From an uncultured bacterium (GTDB lineage Bacteria > Hydrogenedentota > Hydrogenedentia > Hydrogenedentales > JAEUWI01), in assembly GCA_963977445.1 (NCBI GenBank), contig CAXBPH010000050.1:1-32932 (forward strand): a DNA stretch of 32,932 nt, given 5' to 3'. Position 1 is the first letter of the stretch. Every line of letters begins with the position of its first letter. The notes beneath the pieces are model-generated. The model did no database searches. It was given only the letters and a program-made list of their open reading frames with translations, and was not told the origin of the DNA. Made by a program: the position numbers and the translations under genes. Of the stretch, positions 30,702 to 32,932 are shown piece by piece.

Positions 30702-31454
30702 TTAAATCATCGCACTATTTTTATGCCGTCCATGCCAACCCCGAAGCCGATACAGCCAATCGAGCCACCGGGGAATCTGGATGGAACCATACCCTTCCAA
30801 GAAAGTATGGAAATTATCCAGAGGACGTCCATGCTTTTCAAATGACCGACGCAATCGCAGCAGATTTCGCGCGCGGGCCATCGTGCCCAACTCATCAACA
30901 CGCCGGGCGTTGTCAAAGTCTATCAGCCAGACGGCCCCGTCGGATACCAGAATATTTTTCAACTGTAAGTCGGCATGCCATACGCCGTGATCGTGCATAT
31001 GTCGGGCCGCTTCACCCGCGCACTTCAGCATAGCACGTACTTCCTCCGGTTCCTGGTGCTCCAGGAAAGAGAGCAGGGTTTCTGCCGAAATCCGACGTGT
31101 TGCAATGGCACCGCGAAACAGCAGGCCCATGCGACGCCAACTCACACCCAGCAATTCCGGGACCGATCCGCCCTCCCGATAGTAAGACAAGTGGACCTCA
31201 AATTCCCGTCGCATGCGATTGCCCAGGTAGCCATCCCGGGCTACCCGCCCTATCAACCCACCACGATGGTAGTGGCGCAGCACGCCTTCACCGTCACCAA
31301 GTGGATAGAACTGCACGGTCTCCCGTCCGAAATCAGACGCCTCTACGCAGTCACGCCCTTCAAAAAACGCAGCAATGGTTGAATCCCCATCTTCAACCCG
31401 GGCCAGCACGTGTTGGCTTCCCCGGGATTCAGAGCGATATTCGTCATCGTACAC
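30702..31454 (-). CDS. kdkA: 3-deoxy-D-manno-octulosonic acid kinase-like (KdkA)
   Basis: VLRHYHRGGLIG, MH..GVWHADL..KNIL, VWLIDFD and NL.RL.RS..K motifs typical of KdkA. Confidence 0.8.
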   Translation of the reverse strand: MYDDEYRSESRGSQHVLARVEDGDSTIAAFFEGRDCVEASDFGRETVQFYPLGDGEGVLRHYHRGGLIGRVARDGYLGNRMRREFEVHLSYYREGGSVPELLGVSWRRMGLLFRGAIATRRISAETLLSFLEHQEPEEVRAMLKCAGEAARHMHDHGVWHADLQLKNILVSDGAVWLIDFDNARRVDELGTMARARNLLRLRRSFEKHGRPLDNFHTFLEGYGSIQIPRWLDWLYRLRGWHGRHKNSAMI

Positions 31455-31504
31455 GTATCGAGGCTTTCCCGTCAGCAGGTTTTATCCGTCAGAAGTCGGA
31501 ATAG

Positions 31505-31542
31505 CGCGATGTTTCACGGGCAATCGACCGTGAAATATCGTG
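31505..31542. other. 15-bp stem-loop (inverted repeat) in the kdkA/gatC divergent intergenic region
   Basis: cgcgatgtttcacgg-N8-ccgtgaaatatcgtg; 13 Watson-Crick and 2 G.U pairs when read on the + strand. Confidence 0.6.
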
Positions 31543-31650
31543 TATTTCCGTTGCGCGATGGCAGTGTAGCATAACGGGCCCTACCCAAGCGCGCCGACCA
31601 GCGGAAATCTCTGTTTACAGAGTCCGAAATGGAATCATTTCCAGTCAATA

Positions 31651-31659
31651 TGGTATCCT
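31651..31659 (+). promoter_or_regulatory. putative extended -10 promoter (TG-g-TATCCT) for gatCA
   Basis: TGgTATCCT lies about 135 bp upstream of the gatC ATG. Confidence 0.4.
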
Positions 31660-31795
31660 AGGTGACCTTGATAATCAGCTTTGCCGGGGCAGCATGGCGT
31701 ACGTAACATCAAGGCCGGGATAGTCTAATGTCGTGTGACCATCCTATGGGGAACGTACCGTCGCACCGAAACCCAATCAAGTGAAAGCAGCAACA

Positions 31796-32104
31796 ATGAG
31801 TTCTATTACAGAATCCGATGTCGCCTATGTCGCAGGCCTGGCACAGTTGGACCTCGATGAGGCCGCCACCGCCCGCCTGGTTGGCGAAATGAACAGCATT
31901 CTGGGATATATGGAAAAGCTCAACGAATTGGACACCGATTCGGTAGAGCCCATGATGCATGCTATGGACCTCACCAATGTGTTCCGTGAGGACGTGGTAA
32001 CGCCGTCCCTCCCCCGTGAACTGGCCCTGCGCGGTGCCCCCAATCACGACAACGAATACTTCATGGTTCCCAAGATTCTTGATGCCGAAGGGGGTGGCGC
32101 ATGA
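31796..32104 (+). CDS. gatC: Asp-tRNA(Asn)/Glu-tRNA(Gln) amidotransferase subunit C
   Basis: ITESDVAYVAGLAQL, IL.Y.EKL.ELDT..VEP, N.FRED and YFMVPKI motifs; overlaps gatA. Confidence 0.95.
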   Translation: MSSITESDVAYVAGLAQLDLDEAATARLVGEMNSILGYMEKLNELDTDSVEPMMHAMDLTNVFREDVVTPSLPRELALRGAPNHDNEYFMVPKILDAEGGGA

Positions 32105-32932
32105 GTAACTGGTATGAAAAGTCCGCCTTCGAAATTCAGCAAGCAGTTGCCTCGGGTAACGTAACGGCTCGTGAGGTCGTGACCTCTTTCATCGCTCGAA
32201 TCGACGATGTGGATGGTCCCGTGGGTGCTTATACCCAGCGTTGGGACGAAGCGGCCCTCGCCCAGGCCGATGCCGTCGATGCCAAGGTCGCCGCGGGTGA
32301 ACCCCTCGGTGCGATGGCCGGCGTGCCTGTTTCCCTGAAAGAGTTGATTTGCACAACCGAAGGCCAGACCACGTGCTCCTCCCGCATCCTTCAGGGTTTC
32401 CAGAGCCCCTATAATGCGACGGTTACCGAGAAACTACTTGCTGCCGATGCGATTCTCCTGGGTAAGGTGAACATGGATGAATTCGCTATGGGCTCCTCTA
32501 CCGAGAACAGCGCCGTGCAGAAAACAGCCAACCCCTGGCGTCTTTCTTGCGTTCCCGGTGGCTCCAGTGGTGGTTCGGCCGCCTCTATCGCCTCCGCCAC
32601 CTCCGCAATCTCCTTTGGCAGCGACACAGGCGGCTCCATACGCCAGCCTGCGGCCTTTTGTGGCTGTGTCGGACTGAAACCCACCTATGGTCGGGTATCG
32701 CGTTACGGACTGGTTGCCTTTGCCTCCTCGCTGGACCAGATTGGTCCGCTGACGAAGGATGTTCGGGATGCGGCCCTTGCGCTGAACGTAATTTCCGGCA
32801 AAGATCCCCTCGACGCGACCAGCGCCGATATCCCCGTCGAAGATTTCACCAAGGCCCTTACGGGCGACATCTCTGGCTTGAGAATCGGTCTTCCCAAGGA
32901 ATACTTCGTCGACGCGCTGAGCGCGGAAGTTC
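32101..32932 (+). CDS. gatA: Asp-tRNA(Asn)/Glu-tRNA(Gln) amidotransferase subunit A, 3'-partial
   Basis: Translated by hand from ATG 32101 (MSNWYEKSAF...): GVPVSLKE, GKVNMDEFAMGSSTENS, VPGGSSGGS, GSDTGGSIRQPA and LKPTYGRVSRYGL. Runs off the right edge. Confidence 0.96.
   Translation, partial: MSNWYEKSAFEIQQAVASGNVTAREVVTSFIARIDDVDGPVGAYTQRWDEAALAQADAVDAKVAAGEPLGAMAGVPVSLKELICTTEGQTTCSSRILQGFQSPYNATVTEKLLAADAILLGKVNMDEFAMGSSTENSAVQKTANPWRLSCVPGGSSGGSAASIASATSAISFGSDTGGSIRQPAAFCGCVGLKPTYGRVSRYGLVAFASSLDQIGPLTKDVRDAALALNVISGKDPLDATSADIPVEDFTKALTGDISGLRIGLPKEYFVDALSAEV

Overview
A 32.9-kb bacterial chromosomal window of moderately high GC, densely packed with about 27 CDS. I found no tRNA, rRNA, CRISPR array or mobile element. 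Gene content (DUF1549/DUF1553 cytochrome c plus DUF1501, alginate-export-type porin, Ig-like domain, Kdo genes) suggests a diderm such as Candidatus Hydrogenedentes or a PVC relative; this taxonomy is inference only. Left to right: partial 2-hydroxyacid dehydrogenase; periplasmic binding protein with a hybrid histidine kinase; archaeal-type IMP cyclohydrolase purO, purB and a lipid kinase; a 5'-truncated porin; ArnC-like GT2 with an ATP-grasp enzyme; a minus-strand operon of MinD/FlhG-like ATPase, extended bactofilin, YugP peptidase and a FlgT-like protein; an Ig-like protein; cinA/pncC-dnaE; lytic transglycosylase; methyltransferase-TPR; DUF1501 with the cytochrome c protein; kdsB-pyrG-hypothetical; two Kdo-kinase-family genes; gatC and partial gatA. 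The best leads are (1) the MinD-like ATPase/bactofilin module, (2) a candidate CTP-sensing start-site switch ahead of kdsB-pyrG, (3) archaeal-type PurO in a bacterium, and (4) the headless porin next to a motif-rich AT-rich segment. All family assignments come from motif recognition by eye; no database search was run.
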